NCBI GenBank assembly: GCA_002189035.1
Contig: NEEC01000014.1
Location: 1,922,001-1,986,000, forward strand
Reading direction: 5' to 3'
Length of the DNA stretch: 64,000 nt
DNA from: Utricularia gibba
Lineage: Eukaryota > Plantae > Magnoliophyta
Below, piece after piece: positions 1-12,329 of the stretch (the first letter of the stretch is position 1; every line of letters begins with the position of its first letter). The position numbers and the translations under genes were made by a program. Under the pieces are notes generated by a model. It made no database searches. It saw only the letters and a program-made list of their open reading frames with translations, and was not told the origin of the DNA.

Positions 1-897
1 TGAGATGTAGACTACAGAATGCCGCGGTTTGGTGTCGAGCCATTCGATGCAGCTCTCCGGTTTGAAGAAATCAGCCCTGATTCCGTTTGATTTGGATTCC
101 GGTTCCTCGGGGATCCCCTTTCTTCGGATGGGCTTGAACAAGGGGCCTAAAGCAATGATCGGCCGGGAGATTTTGGACATGTAGTTGATGTTTTCGTCTT
201 CAAGTTCCTGAAAGGTGTCCATCAGTACGCACATTGGTTTGCTCAGATTCTTGAATTGCCCCATAATCGCTCTCCGCAGAAAGGGATACGGGGTATTGGG
301 ACGCAGGAAATTAGGGACTTCATCGTGTTTCAGCAATGGCATGCACGGCAATTGCACGTCGATCTCCGGGGCTTCTGCGGTCGGAAACGGCACGAGCTTG
401 TTGAAGTAATGGTAATACGCGGAGAAACAAGCGCAAGACTGAACCCAAAGCATGGCGCTGGGGATCCCCAGTTCCTCTGCAACGTCGCACACCCATGGAA
501 TGAAGGGATTGTTAATAAGACAGGACACCGGCCTCCCAATGTCGCCCTGCCTTTTCACCATCTCCTTCAACTTGGATCTTCCGACGACGTCGAGATGCGC
601 CATGTACTCGTCCAGATCATTGGCGTTCGGGTTATTGAAGTCCCACCCATCATCGAAAAACTCGAAACGAATCATCCCACGTCCCAGGGGAACCGCCTCA
701 TCGTCGGCGATTGCGTTTGATCTTCGGATGCTCTCTCCCGCGAGCTCCGGCGTGCAGAATGTGATGAAGAGTCCGTAATCTGCGAGACGCTTGGCTAAAC
801 GGAGGAGAGGGTTGACGTGGCCTTGTCCGGGGAACGACACCATGAAAACATGAACATTTCTGAGAAGCTGCGCCGGTGGTGGAACCAAGCTACCCAT
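1..897 (-). CDS. UGT84A: UDP-glycosyltransferase, UGT84A-type (glucose-ester forming); 3' end truncated by the window edge
   Basis: Manual translation from the ATG at 897 is open to position 1: MGSLVPPPAQLLRNVHVFMVSFPGQGHVNPLLRLAKRLA...GMIRFEFFDDGW...PVSCLINNPFIPWVCDVAEELGIPSAMLWVQSCACFSAYYHY...CIEWLDTKPRHSVVYIS. The FPGQGHVNP and CLINNPFIPW motifs are typical of UGT84A. It is absent from the ORF track because there is no stop in the window. Confidence 0.92.
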   Translation of the reverse strand, partial: MGSLVPPPAQLLRNVHVFMVSFPGQGHVNPLLRLAKRLADYGLFITFCTPELAGESIRRSNAIADDEAVPLGRGMIRFEFFDDGWDFNNPNANDLDEYMAHLDVVGRSKLKEMVKRQGDIGRPVSCLINNPFIPWVCDVAEELGIPSAMLWVQSCACFSAYYHYFNKLVPFPTAEAPEIDVQLPCMPLLKHDEVPNFLRPNTPYPFLRRAIMGQFKNLSKPMCVLMDTFQELEDENINYMSKISRPIIALGPLFKPIRRKGIPEEPESKSNGIRADFFKPESCIEWLDTKPRHSVVYIS

Positions 898-2198
898 GTT
901 GAAATGAAAACTCAGCTGGTTGCTTTCCTTCTTTTCTGACTAACTGCCTTTCGTTTTCCTCGAGTGTACACACCCTTGATGAAGCTGAGATGACTTGGGG
1001 TGGCCTTTATAACAACTCAACACATGGCGACCCACAGATTTTTGACTGGTAGGTTTGGGGAGAGGAACCACATGCTCCCACTGCTTGATTCACCTCCTGC
1101 TTCCGACCCACAATTAGATTTTCTAGTTTTTCACATTACATTCTTGTTCTTCTCCTGTAAATCATGATAAATATTACTCACACTCCTCCACACGAAATAG
1201 ATCCTCCCACTTAAATACAACCAGCCGCCGGCGTACATGAACAAGCTCTGTCAAATCGACACAAGTACCTCCTCACCGTCCGTATACCACATGCTTTTCA
1301 TACAGAAAAAAACGGAGGACAGTAGTCAACCCAGTTCGCCCCCACTGGTTTACAAATCCGTTGAGAAAACCACGCCGGAATCCGCATGCTGATCCCACAG
1401 ACTTGGCATTTGGCGACGTCCACCCATCCTGAAATGCAAATCCGGATATATGTATTTGCATTTGAAAAAAAAAGATATTTTGAAACTACCCATTTGAATT
1501 CCTTACAAAACCAGCAAAGTCATCAACTGTCGGCGCTGTCGACTTCGACAGCACAGCATCTTCATCTACGTTACACCTGTGCACGCGCCGCCCTTGTCGA
1601 CTCATATTCTATTTATAAACCCGTCTTTAATTAAGGTAATCAGATACTTAATCACTTCCTTTTTTGTGGAAGATATTATTGTAGAAGACTTTACCCTCTA
1701 ATTGCGTGTCAAATAAATAGGAAGATATTATTGTCGGCGACGTGTATAGATAAATAAACTGAAAACCTGTAGAAAAGGAGGGGCCAACAGTATTCAAGCT
1801 ACCGGCTTACAAAAGTGGGGTCCACCCTGTTGACACCCATAGGATAATAAAACCAGGCGAGGAGGGGTTTGTGGGCCACCCCAAATAATTGGATGGTTGA
1901 TTTAATCAAGCACATGTTAATTTGTTTGGGCATGCGTTTAATGAGAAACGGGGTTGGGGATTTCTTCTAGATACCTCGAATTCTGGTCTTAATGGCTTTT
2001 TATTTAATTTTAAATTTTGCAAATGATGAGCTGCTTTCCACGATAATAGAGAAGAAGAAGAAGGGATTCCCTCCCACTTGCTCCCATGGATGCGGGGGAG
2101 GTGAGCCGCACCTTCCCGGTTCCCTCACTCCAGAACACGTGCTTCGTGCGTACGAGACGGCCAGTTGCACGTGTCGCTGTAAGACAGGCTGACACATA

Positions 2199-2449
2199 GG
2201 ACTTGTTTGATATGAGATTATAAGGATGGTTTATGGTAAATTTAATAAAATTGTATTGTTTGGTATGTAGGTATAATTATATCTTATATATGGGTATAAT
2301 AATCATTATACCCATATAATACCCTTATATATGGGTATATGTATATCCAAGGAGGGATATAGTTATTTTTATACCCACATATTTGGGTTTAACTAAACTC
2401 AAATAATCTAAACCTCTTAATACCTAAAATACATCAACCAAACCCGACC
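2199..2449. mobile_element. AT-rich MITE-like element (Tourist/PIF-like, degraded) with an internal palindrome
   Basis: Left end GGACTTGTTTGA and right end CCAAACCCGACC are an imperfect Tourist-type TIR pair. There is a perfect 14-bp stem, TATATGGGTATAAT (2287-2300) / ATTATACCCATATA (2305-2318), and a 16-bp direct repeat CTTATATATGGGTATA at 2283 and 2324. Confidence 0.4.
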
Positions 2450-3260
2450 GGGTTCATTGGGTACCTAATAATCTAAATCCCACGGACGGTTTAAACCGGG
2501 GATTCATTGGGTACCAACCCAACCGGGTTCAACTCGAAATCTACTAGCTATAAATAGTATCCGAAAGCCGGGTGTAGCCCAACTCGAGTGCAACGGAATG
2601 GTCGGAGTTACAATTGCACTCGGGGTCTCGTTTAGAGGTGTAATCTGTTTGAAGCGGAATCAGGATCGATTTTAAAATATGCGTGTCCATATGGTTTGAT
2701 TTTGGAATAAGAACCGAATTTCTGTTCGATTAGACATAATTGGAATCATGAAACCTTCAATTCCAACTCATGTGAAATTGATAGAACTGATGTTTTAAAA
2801 CCGTAAACCGTTGGTTTGTATTAAATTATTCATTAAAAAATGCAAATGAGTTAATGAATTTGATATACATTCATAATTCTGTCAATGAGTCGTGAACCGT
2901 GAACCACCCACAATGTGTCATTTTTTATAATGGATTTTCCAGATACAAAAAACGTATCGTTTTAAGATTAATTTTAAATATTTATAATGATTGATAAGGT
3001 TATTTAGAAATAGTTTTTCAAAATAAATAATCATTTCCAATTATCCACGATGACTAATGTGGGGATGACTGAAACATCAACTGCCTGATTTCGGTTTCAA
3101 TTCGATTAGTGACTTCGATTATGATTGGAAATCGAAATCATTGGATTCAATTCCGATTTTGGTTTGTTTCAAAGTTTCAGAATTTGGTTCCGATTCGAAA
3201 CCGGAATTGTAATCTACAACTAATCACAAGTTACAAACCGATGGTTCCAGAAAATGTTCG
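2440..3260. repeat. Zone of short direct and inverted subrepeats, probably TE/MITE-derived
   Basis: TTCATTGGGTACC occurs at 2453 and 2503. An 11-bp hairpin stem (CTCGAGTGCAA / TTGCACTCGGG) lies at about 2583-2624. AACCG/TTCGATT/GGAATC motifs recur, and 2700-2722 loosely mirrors 3180-3200. Confidence 0.3.
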
Positions 3261-3974
3261 GAACTGATGGCACCTCTAACTTTTTTCAGTTATGGGTCTG
3301 ATCATCACACCGCACTCGGATCTGGGCCCCTGGTGAATCTGGGCCACACGATGATTGGGGGCCTTTTGTGTGTTTCTCCTCTAAAAAAAAAAAGAACTCA
3401 TTGGGAGGAGCCATGTGCGGTGAGTCCTTCCAGTCAAAAAACACGGCCGAGTTCATATATTTTACTTTCAAAATAAGGAAATCTGATATGATATAAAATA
3501 GTAGTTTATATTAAATAATATCTGTTAATATCATGGATTAAATATTTAAACAATTTTTATGATTGTTTTAATGGGCCAAGCCCAATCACAAGGTTCTAGC
3601 TACCATTAGTTCATGGGCTAACAACACTGTAGCCTGGTAACTACTTCAAAAGAGGAACTTGTGGAGCAGAAAAATGGGATCTTTCTAACCCTTTTGAAGA
3701 TTGGAGAACTCATGTGGTAAAATGAGATGAATACCAGTTGATTTTTCCAGCGCTTTGAAGATGATAATTACAACCCAAAGTATGATTTTTTGGCTAACCC
3801 CCCAAAGTAACTAAAAAAGAAAGTGATCTGGAAGCATAGTTCGTGAGATAGGATGATTTTAACAGTTTCACGACAGGGTAATTGCTGAAAATTTACCTCG
3901 GAGTCACATGCTGCTTCATCATCCTAGAGGTAGAAGATGGGAGGCACGATTTAAGCCCGGGAATCATCTCTTCT

Positions 3975-4718
3975 TCACGCGTTGGTGTCTGAGGCCGAGA
4001 GATAGTTCCTCACTTCCCGTCGGATCATTTCTTGTAGCACAGCAATGAACTCCGGGCTCGTCACCGTCTCCTGCGTTAAAAGGTGGCTTTTATGGATTCC
4101 CGGCTGTGGAGTCAGTAACGACTCGCGGGAGCATATGAATTTCTCCGAAGAATCGCCACCCGGAAAGGGAAATGCGAGAGTCAACGCGGTCAATTCGCCG
4201 TCTGTTACGTCCTCGTCGGTGGCTGCGGTGTCGGATTGGGGAGATGATTCCACCGGCGGCGTATCCGATTCAGGTGTGATTAACGGTGCGATTTCAGGGC
4301 TCAAACTGACCATCTCCGTGGAAACATCACCGCCTTCAGCGCGTTTCATCACCCGAGACGCCCTCTGGCTCGCCCCCTTCCCTTCCGCAACCCGTCTCTT
4401 CAGCGTCGAATTCCAGTGGTTCTTAACCGCGTTGTCCGTACGGCCCGTCATCAGCCTCGCAATCGTCGCCCATCTGTTGCCGTGAACGCGGTGCGCCCTA
4501 ACTATAATCTCATCCTCCTCCGCGGTGAAGGGCCGGTGTTCCACCCCCGGCGAAAGCTGGTTGCACCAGCGTAGCCTGCACGATTTCCCCGACCTCCCCT
4601 GTATCGATTTGCTTATGAGTGACCAATTTCTAGCGCCGTGGCTCTCCACGAGTTTCCTAAGCAAATCATCCTCCTCCGCGCTCCACGGCCCCTTTATCCT
4701 CCCCCCCGTCGCCGCCAT
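3975..4718 (-). CDS. MYB44: R2R3-MYB transcription factor, subgroup 22 (MYB44/73/77-like), intronless
   Basis: R2R3 repeats [10 protein letters not shown]...[35 protein letters not shown]...[18 protein letters not shown], plus the C-terminal subgroup motif [18 protein letters not shown]. The likely ATG is at 4718. Confidence 0.93.
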   Translation of the reverse strand: MAATGGRIKGPWSAEEDDLLRKLVESHGARNWSLISKSIQGRSGKSCRLRWCNQLSPGVEHRPFTAEEDEIIVRAHRVHGNRWATIARLMTGRTDNAVKNHWNSTLKRRVAEGKGASQRASRVMKRAEGGDVSTEMVSLSPEIAPLITPESDTPPVESSPQSDTAATDEDVTDGELTALTLAFPFPGGDSSEKFICSRESLLTPQPGIHKSHLLTQETVTSPEFIAVLQEMIRREVRNYLSASDTNA

Positions 4719-5883
4719 CAAAAGTCGCCTGAGAACCCTAATCAAATCTCCCGAGATATTATTTTTGAAAAGATTTTAACCGAAAGAACCGGTTAAGGCG
4801 AGTAGAGTGGGGGTAGGGGGACGGAGGGGGAGCGTTTCGGTTGGCGGTTACAGAAAAAGAAGAGCTGGTTGCGGGACAGCTGTATCTGTGTGCACGTGTC
4901 CTCATCTCGTCGACTGAGAATTCAAAAATTAAAAATCCGACGTCGGTAAATGGGAGAGAGCGGGGCCCACTTGTCCTTTTCACCTAGCCGTTATTCAAGT
5001 TAGTTCACAAGTCCCATTTCTCTCAACCAAATTTGTCTTTTGCTGGGGAGGATTGATTTATGGGCCCAACAAATATTCTAATCAATTCTTTATATTATTT
5101 TCACGGGTAAAATCTGTCCGTAGATATATTCTATAATAAAAAAAATAAAACTTTTGGGCCAGTTATCTATGGCTGTTTTTTTTAACGCACGTTTCCCACG
5201 TGTTATAATAAAACACGTGGGATTTTTTTATGGCTACTTGTGTGATGGGTTTGATTTTTCCAGAGAAAAAGGTCTTTTCCACAGCTGGATTGGGCTCAGA
5301 CGAAGGCCCAATGGGCTATCCAGATATCGGGCCTCTAGGTAGTTGTATTCTCATGTGTAGGCCCATTAATGATCTATTTTTTGGGGGGCTTTGAGGCGTT
5401 TCAGGATTCAGTAGTCATCAAGGAACTGCGAAGTCGTACACTTCGTTATCTAGGGTGGGCACTTGTCGGATTCCCAGGTTTCATTAATTTTTTCCTCGAT
5501 AGTTACTTGCCTTGCTTCTCCTTCCTTGTTTCGCTATGAAGAAATTCGCTTGCAAATGCTTTATTTGGGTATAGGGTTTTGCAATTGGAGAATGTTTGCG
5601 AGCAATGATTGTAAGTATGTTTTAGGTGTGATTGATTTCAATGACGTGGTTTTGTTCTATGTTGTAAGTAATGGTGTGCTTGTTGGAACTTGCTTTTTTG
5701 ATTTGGGTTATAGAAAGTAGATGGGTGTTTTCCATGAGGCCTAATTTCTTTCTGCCTTAGTTGCAACTTCGTTTTTTGATGTGAAGTTCCTGTTTTATTT
5801 ATTTTCCAGCGGATTTGATGATCTCTTTATTGTATATGGTTTTCCACATTAAGAATGAGTGATCCATTGGTTGTTCAGTTCAG

Positions 5884-6873
5884 ATGAGTGAAGAAGACAT
5901 AAACTGTTGCCAGATTCAAGAATGGTATCCGAAGTTTAAATCGGTATCCATTAGAACATTGATCCATGAGCTCCCTGAGTCCTTTGTAGAGTATCTTGAT
6001 GATTCTGGATCCTTGCATCTCCCAATCTCAATCATGAACAAAGATGCCGTAGCAAAGAGGATGCACAAGCCTGAAGACGCGGAAGACTTTATTACAGATG
6101 AGGAATCAGAAAACGAAGCAGAAACGCCTCCATCACCTCCCTCATTTCCTGACCTGGAACTCCAAATTGAGTCATCCATTGAGTCTCTTGGCGGTGCTGT
6201 TTTCCCTAAGCTCAACTGGAGTGCCCCCAAAGATGCTGCTTGGATAAACTCTACTGGAAACCTCAGATGCACAAGCTTCTCCGAGATTGCCCTTTTACTC
6301 AAGTCATCTGATTCTATCGTCCACGATCTTTGCCATGCTTATGCTTGCTGCAAAGACAAGACCTCATCAAGGCCATCCAAATTCTTCCTCGCCCTCCGGA
6401 AATGGTATCCTTCCCTCAGACCCGAGATGGAATTCCGTTGCTTCGTGCACCGCAATCTCCTCATCGGTGTCTCCCAGCGGGAGGTCACCAACTTTTACCC
6501 CGCCCTCCTTGACATGAAGAATGATCTAAAAGCATTGATCCAAGAGTTTTTTATTGAGAATTTGCAGGGCAAGTTCAGCTCAAAAAGCTACACATTCGAT
6601 GTATACGTCACCAAAGACAGAAGAGTGAAGCTCTTCGATTTCAACCCCTGGTGTGCATCTACACTCCCTCTGTTGTTTTCATGGGAAGAGCTGGCCGCCG
6701 AGCCAACAGAAGAACCCCAAATGCCGGAGTTCCGCATAGTCGAGAGCCGTCACGGAATTCGTCCTGGCTTGAAAACCGCTGTTCCGTACGACTACCTGGA
6801 TACAAGCTCCGGCAGTGGATGGGATCAGTTCTTTCGCAAATTTGAGGAGCAGCAGCGGCCCCAATCACATTAG
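5884..6873 (+). CDS. CDC123: Cell division cycle protein 123 homolog (D123, ATP-grasp eIF2 assembly factor)
   Basis: 329-aa single-exon ORF with CQIQEWYPKFK, VFPKLNWSAPKDAAW, LLLKSSD, EFRCFV...GVSQR and FDVYV...VKLFDFNPW. The ATG directly follows an AG acceptor (5882-5883), implying a 5'UTR intron. Confidence 0.93.
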   Translation: MSEEDINCCQIQEWYPKFKSVSIRTLIHELPESFVEYLDDSGSLHLPISIMNKDAVAKRMHKPEDAEDFITDEESENEAETPPSPPSFPDLELQIESSIESLGGAVFPKLNWSAPKDAAWINSTGNLRCTSFSEIALLLKSSDSIVHDLCHAYACCKDKTSSRPSKFFLALRKWYPSLRPEMEFRCFVHRNLLIGVSQREVTNFYPALLDMKNDLKALIQEFFIENLQGKFSSKSYTFDVYVTKDRRVKLFDFNPWCASTLPLLFSWEELAAEPTEEPQMPEFRIVESRHGIRPGLKTAVPYDYLDTSSGSGWDQFFRKFEEQQRPQSH

Positions 6874-7416
6874 AGGTAAAAAAACAAAAAAAAGCACTGA
6901 TTTTTAGTTATAATCTATTCGAATATTAAAATAACCTTCTATATACAAAACCCTCATTTTTAAAATTTTACTTTAGGGTTGAAAAAGGTAAAAAATGGCA
7001 GTTGGTGGCGGTTGGTGGGCACCAACCACTTGTTGCTTTCAATTTGGGTGCCTCGTTCAGGGCACTAAGAAGGAAAGTTGGGCTTTGCTTCCGATATTTT
7101 CCAATATAGTGTATTTTCATTTAGTTTTATTCCAATAATGTCAGATGATGGTAATTCGATTTTAGATATAGTGAGTAATTAATTAATTCATTGATTCTTT
7201 TTCGCTGAATTTTAATCGATTTCCAGGACATGCATTGGAATTATGGCAACGATCAAAAGGCAGTTTGAAAACGGAGATCGTCACCGGAAACGAAAACCGA
7301 AAATTATATTAAAATATCGGCGGCCATCCCTTGCACCTGACCTCTTTTGCGTCCACTATATATGTAGCGGGGAGGTCCTTGCGGGAATTCGTGACCAAAC
7401 CTAAAGCGATACTCTA

Positions 7417-9807
7417 ATGGCGGCGACGATCTTCACGTCAGCGAAACTCAAAGCGACGCAGCCGACATGGCTGCGGACTGAGCCGTTGACGCGTACCTTT
7501 GGCGTCACCTCATTCTCCTTCCGGCGCCGCGCGGAAAATGATCGTCGTTTGGTGGTTTATTCCATGGATTCGAAGCCTACGGTTCTCGTCGCGGAGAAGT
7601 TAGGCGAGGCGGGGTTGGAGCTTCTCAAGGATGTCGCGAATGTCGACTGCTCCTATAACCTCACTGCGGAGGAGCTCTGCAGCAAGATCTCGCTATGCGA
7701 CGCGCTGATCGTTAGGAGTGGGACTAAGGTGAATCGCCAAGTGTTCGAAGCTTCCGGTGGGAGGTTAAAGGTTGTTGGAAGAGCTGGAGTCGGGATCGAC
7801 AACGTGGATCTCACGGCGGCCACCGAATATGGCTGTCTTGTCGTCAATGCGCCTACTGCTAACACTGTCGCCGCCGCCGAGCACGGAATCGCGCTGTTGA
7901 CTGCGATGGCGAGAAATGTGGCGCAGGCCGATGCCTCGATGAAATCTGGTTAGTTAATGATGACTTGCTTTTTCTTGATCTTATAGTTCCTCCGTTGGAT
8001 GATTATGAGTCATTAATTGATGAATCTAGAAAGGTCCTCCTTTTACCTAGGAAAAAAAGTGATAGATCCAGTTCAGATTTCAATGAACTTGATGGATCTT
8101 TCCTTTTTTCCCTTTTTTTTTTTTTTTTGACTTGACTTTGAGGTGCATCTTCCTTTTCGTTTCTCTGTGCTCTATATTTGGAAGGCAAAGGGATGTTCTT
8201 TGTTGTCTGTAAAATTACAAAACAGGAATATTCGTTATCATACGTGGTTGTTTGATTAAATTTTTTGAACTAAATCAGGACAGTGGCAGAGGAACAAGTA
8301 TGTAGGGGTCTCTCTTGTTGGCAAGACACTTGCAGTAATGGGTTTTGGCAAGGTTGGATCAGAAGTTGCTAGGCGTGCTAAAGGGTTAGGAATGCATGTC
8401 ATCGCGCATGATCCCTATGCTCCTGTTGACCGTGCTCGTGCAATTGGTGTAGCACTTGTTAGCTTTGAAGAAGCTATTGCATCAGCTGATTTTATCTCGC
8501 TTCACATGCCTCTTACCCCTGCTACATCAAAAATCCTTAATGATGATACATTTGCTAAAATGAAAAAGGGAGTCAGAATTATTAACGTTGCTCGTGGGGG
8601 AGTTATTGATGAAGAAGCGTTACTTAGGGCCATTGATGCTGGCATTGTGGCTCAGGTTTTTTTTTTTTTTTATTCTTCTAGATCCTTTGCTATTTTACGG
8701 ATAATGGATGCTGAGGTCTTTTAAGTTCCCACCTGCTAAGTATGTGCTTGTATAATTCTAGGCGGCTCTTGATGTCTTCTCGGTTGAACCACCACCCAAG
8801 GATTCCAAATTAATACAGAGTGACAAGATTATTGCAACTCCACACCTTGGTGCCAGCACAGTTGAAGCACAGGTTAGCATAAGCATTTAGCAACTTCTCC
8901 TTCCATTCATCCTGTGTTCGGCATATATTTGAAATGCATATATATCCAGGAAGGAGTTGCTATTGAAATTGCAGAAGCTGTTGTTGGAGCCTTGAATGGT
9001 GAACTTGCAGCTACTTCTGTTAACGCACCCATGGTTCCTGCTGAGGTGCACTTAATGTCATTATCTCTTTCTTATTAATTGGCCGCTCCTTGCCAGAGGT
9101 CAACTGCATTTCTATAACTTATCCTCTGGTTTCAGGTGCTCGCAGAGTTGAAGCCGTATGTTGAGCTTGCTGAAAAACTTGGTAGACTTGCTGTTCAGTT
9201 AGTAGCCGGTGGAAGTGGAATGAAGACGGTGAAGATTACATATGGTTCTGCCAGAGCTGGCGATGACCTCGATACAAGACTGCTTCGTGCAATGATCACC
9301 AAGGGTCTGATCGAGCCCGTTTCCGCAGTTTTTATTAACTTGGTGAATGCAGACTACACTGCCAAGCAGAGAGGCCTCAGCATAACCGAAGAACGGCTCC
9401 CACTTGATGCTTCACCCGGGGCTCCACTCACCTTCATCCAAGTCCAAATAGCACACGCAGAATCATACTTCCCAACCGCCATTTGTGATTCAGGAATGAT
9501 CACAGTTGAAGGGCGAGTGAAGGATGGAATCCCCCACCTGACAAAAGTAGGAACCTTCGAAGTGGATGTGAGCTTGGAAGGCAGTCTCATACTCTGCAGA
9601 CAGGTTGATCAGCCCGGAATGGTGGGTAAAGTAGCCAGCATTTTAGGTGAGGAAAATGTAAATGTGAGCTTCATGAGCGTCGGAAGGCTAGCTCCCCGGA
9701 TGCATGCGGTCATGGCGATCGGAGTGGATGAAGAACCCACCAAGGAGTCCTTGGCAAGGATCGGTGAAATCCCCGCTATTGAGGAGTTTGTGTTCCTCAA
9801 GCTTTGA
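7417..9807 (+). CDS. PGDH: D-3-phosphoglycerate dehydrogenase, chloroplastic (5 exons)
   Basis: Exons 7417-7948, 8279-8655, 8762-8872, 8950-9045 and 9136-9807, all with GT-AG boundaries and in frame. Motifs: transit peptide, [17 protein letters not shown] Rossmann motif, TPHLGAST, and a C-terminal ACT domain (QVDQPGM). Confidence 0.96.
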
Positions 9808-11475
9808 AGAGCTCCCAGTTTCCACAAATTCGCAGCGTGCCTCAACTTTGTGATCTCTAGATTTTGTGCTCTGCTTCTTTTCTACCATGGTTCAATAAAT
9901 TCGCAGTTGTCCGTACGTCTAAGGGCTTCCAGATCCCTACCTGGCCATTGGGCTGCAGGAAGCCCATATCAGAATTTTGGCCCACAGTCCAATTATCTCA
10001 GACCAGCACCCATGTCCAAGGTCCCACTAGCTTGCTTAGAAAAAACACCCCCAATTCAGTGTCTAGATCTTAATTGAATCTATGGTGAGGAGGAGTGGAG
10101 TGGGGAGTGAGTAGGGAGGGCAGTGGGTGACAGAAGATAGGGTCCAGGAGAGGAGAAGAAAAGAAAAGAAAACCCCCCTAGTTTTTAATAATTTTGTTTT
10201 GAAGCAAGTTTGAAGTCTTTTCAGATGAGCTCCACCATCTTTTCTCAGAGGCGCTGCGCTGCGCTGCTGCAGTCCCAGTCAAAAGACAACTACGATCCCA
10301 TTATGCATTTCAATGAAACCAACACCAGCCCAGCCTTTGGACCACCAAGTGAATAATGGAAAGACTTGCTCGCATTTCACTTTCACATTCGCATCGCATT
10401 CATTCAATGCTCCTGCTGCTCCTGCTTCTTTGTTTCCCATCCAGCTCCTCCTTCTCCCCCCTTCTCCCATTTCATCTCTGGGGCAACTCCAGCCGAGCTC
10501 ACTCACTCATTCGGTCACAGAGGGTCTAAAACTATATAAAAAAAATGTATTTCTTTTGCTATCCTCCCCATATCCGCATCCACATCCGCAGCTGGGCGGG
10601 GCGAGCTCCTCAGATGACTAATTACTTTGGCAGGGAACCCCTTCAGAGCTTTAATTGGTTGGTGCTCATTCTCTCGGACCACTTGCTTTCTGGTTGCAGC
10701 AAATTACGCACCCCCTTTCTCTTCTACCACCAACCAAACTTGCTCCATGCCCACGCTCACGTGATCCATCATCATTCCATTTCCACCCCTCCCCTCTCTC
10801 TCTCTTTAAAACAACGTACGCATTATCCATCATCTTGAGTCGCCTACATCATCACCCTACTTAGGGCCCTCCCATCTAAAGGAGTGAGTGAGTGGCAACT
10901 GCTATGGGTATGGTGATATCGACAATGGAAGCATTAACCCATAAATGGAGGGGGAGGGATGGTTGGTGTGTTAAAGTACACAATCAATATATTATTTATA
11001 ATAAATTATAAATTATAAGTAATTATTTGTGTTTAATATTTTTTATTATAATTCATGTTTATTGTGTATTTATGCTTTACGTATGCGTTACCCATCGAAT
11101 CATGAATTTAAACATACTTGAATCACAGTCTTATTACAACAACACAAATAAGGAGTAGCTGGTGATCTTGCCCGTGTAATAAAACAACAACAACAACAAT
11201 AATCTGTCTGACTCACGCGAGTGTCGTGCGGTCTAGTGTCTGTCCTGTTGCTGCTGCTTTTATCACTTTTACTACTAACCAGTTTCAGATCCCCGCCCCG
11301 GGCTGGGCCCACCCTCTCCACCTAACTGGACCTCGGGCCCAATCCCACATAACCCCTCTGGTCCCTAATATTTATTACTTTTCCAATTTCACAAAAAAAC
11401 TAAAAATAAATCATCAGTTCTTCTTCCCTTTCCTTTTCTCGAGGGTACACTCGTAATTTCCGGTTTGACAAGTGT

Positions 11476-11497
11476 CCTCTCTCTCTCTCTCTCTCTC
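11476..11497. repeat. (CT)n microsatellite
   Basis: A run of about 10 CT units is directly visible; a (CAA)n tract is also present at about 11183-11198. Confidence 0.85.
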
Positions 11498-12329
11498 CTG
11501 CTGACTGCGGAGCTGACCTCCTTTCACAGCTTTACAGCTGTAACTAGAAAAGGATGAAACGGCTATTTTATTTTTTTTCTTTTCCCAATAAAAAACAATA
11601 ATAAAGGCTATGTTCCTGCCTAGGAAGCACCCACCCACATTAATTTGAAAAATTAAAATAATTACTTTTTATTTGAAATAAAAATTTTAAACTGCAAATT
11701 ACAACCACAGTCTCCCACTAAAATTTAAATCTTGTTTAATGTTGATTTATTAAATATTTTATTTTTTATTTAATTAAAATATTAATTAGAAATATTTTTA
11801 AATAAAGATCAGGCGGATTTAGCGGGGAGAGAGAGAGAGAGTTCAATAAAAAACAAAGGCAGGGTCAAAATCCGATCCAGGGCAGGGGATCCCCGGCGCC
11901 AACAAGACAAAGATTTGTTTTTGTTTTTGGTTCTGGATTTAACGACGAAGATTCTGAGTCCGGTGACTGCGGATTGGTAAGGGGTTTTGTTTTGGCTATT
12001 ATGATCGTTGGATTGAGGTAATGCGAGCGATGTACATGGGATTTGGTTTCGTGAACTTGGGATTTTTTTTCGAGGGGGGATGAAAGAGACAAAAGATCGA
12101 TCGCTGCAAAGTGGGTGAATTCTTAGCACAGAAGTAGGAAAAAAACAAAGGAAGATCCAATTTTTTTTTTTTTCTGCAGACATTCATTCTTCTTCTTCTC
12201 CTTCTTCTTGCTCTGCTGTCTTTACCCCTCTTTCACTGCTACAATGGCAGCGGGTACATTGCATTATGATATATTATTTAGGAGGGAAATGGGAAGAAGG
12301 GGTTTCAAGGATTGTTGGCGATTTGGGTG

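Noticed and set aside
256-778. Plus-strand ORFs of 154 and 108 aa
   Set aside because: They are antisense shadows of the UGT84A coding sequence.
10128-10140. TGACAGAAGATAG matches 13 nt of the 5' part of miR157
   Set aside because: The match stops at 13 nt, and I found no complementary star arm or hairpin nearby; probably chance.
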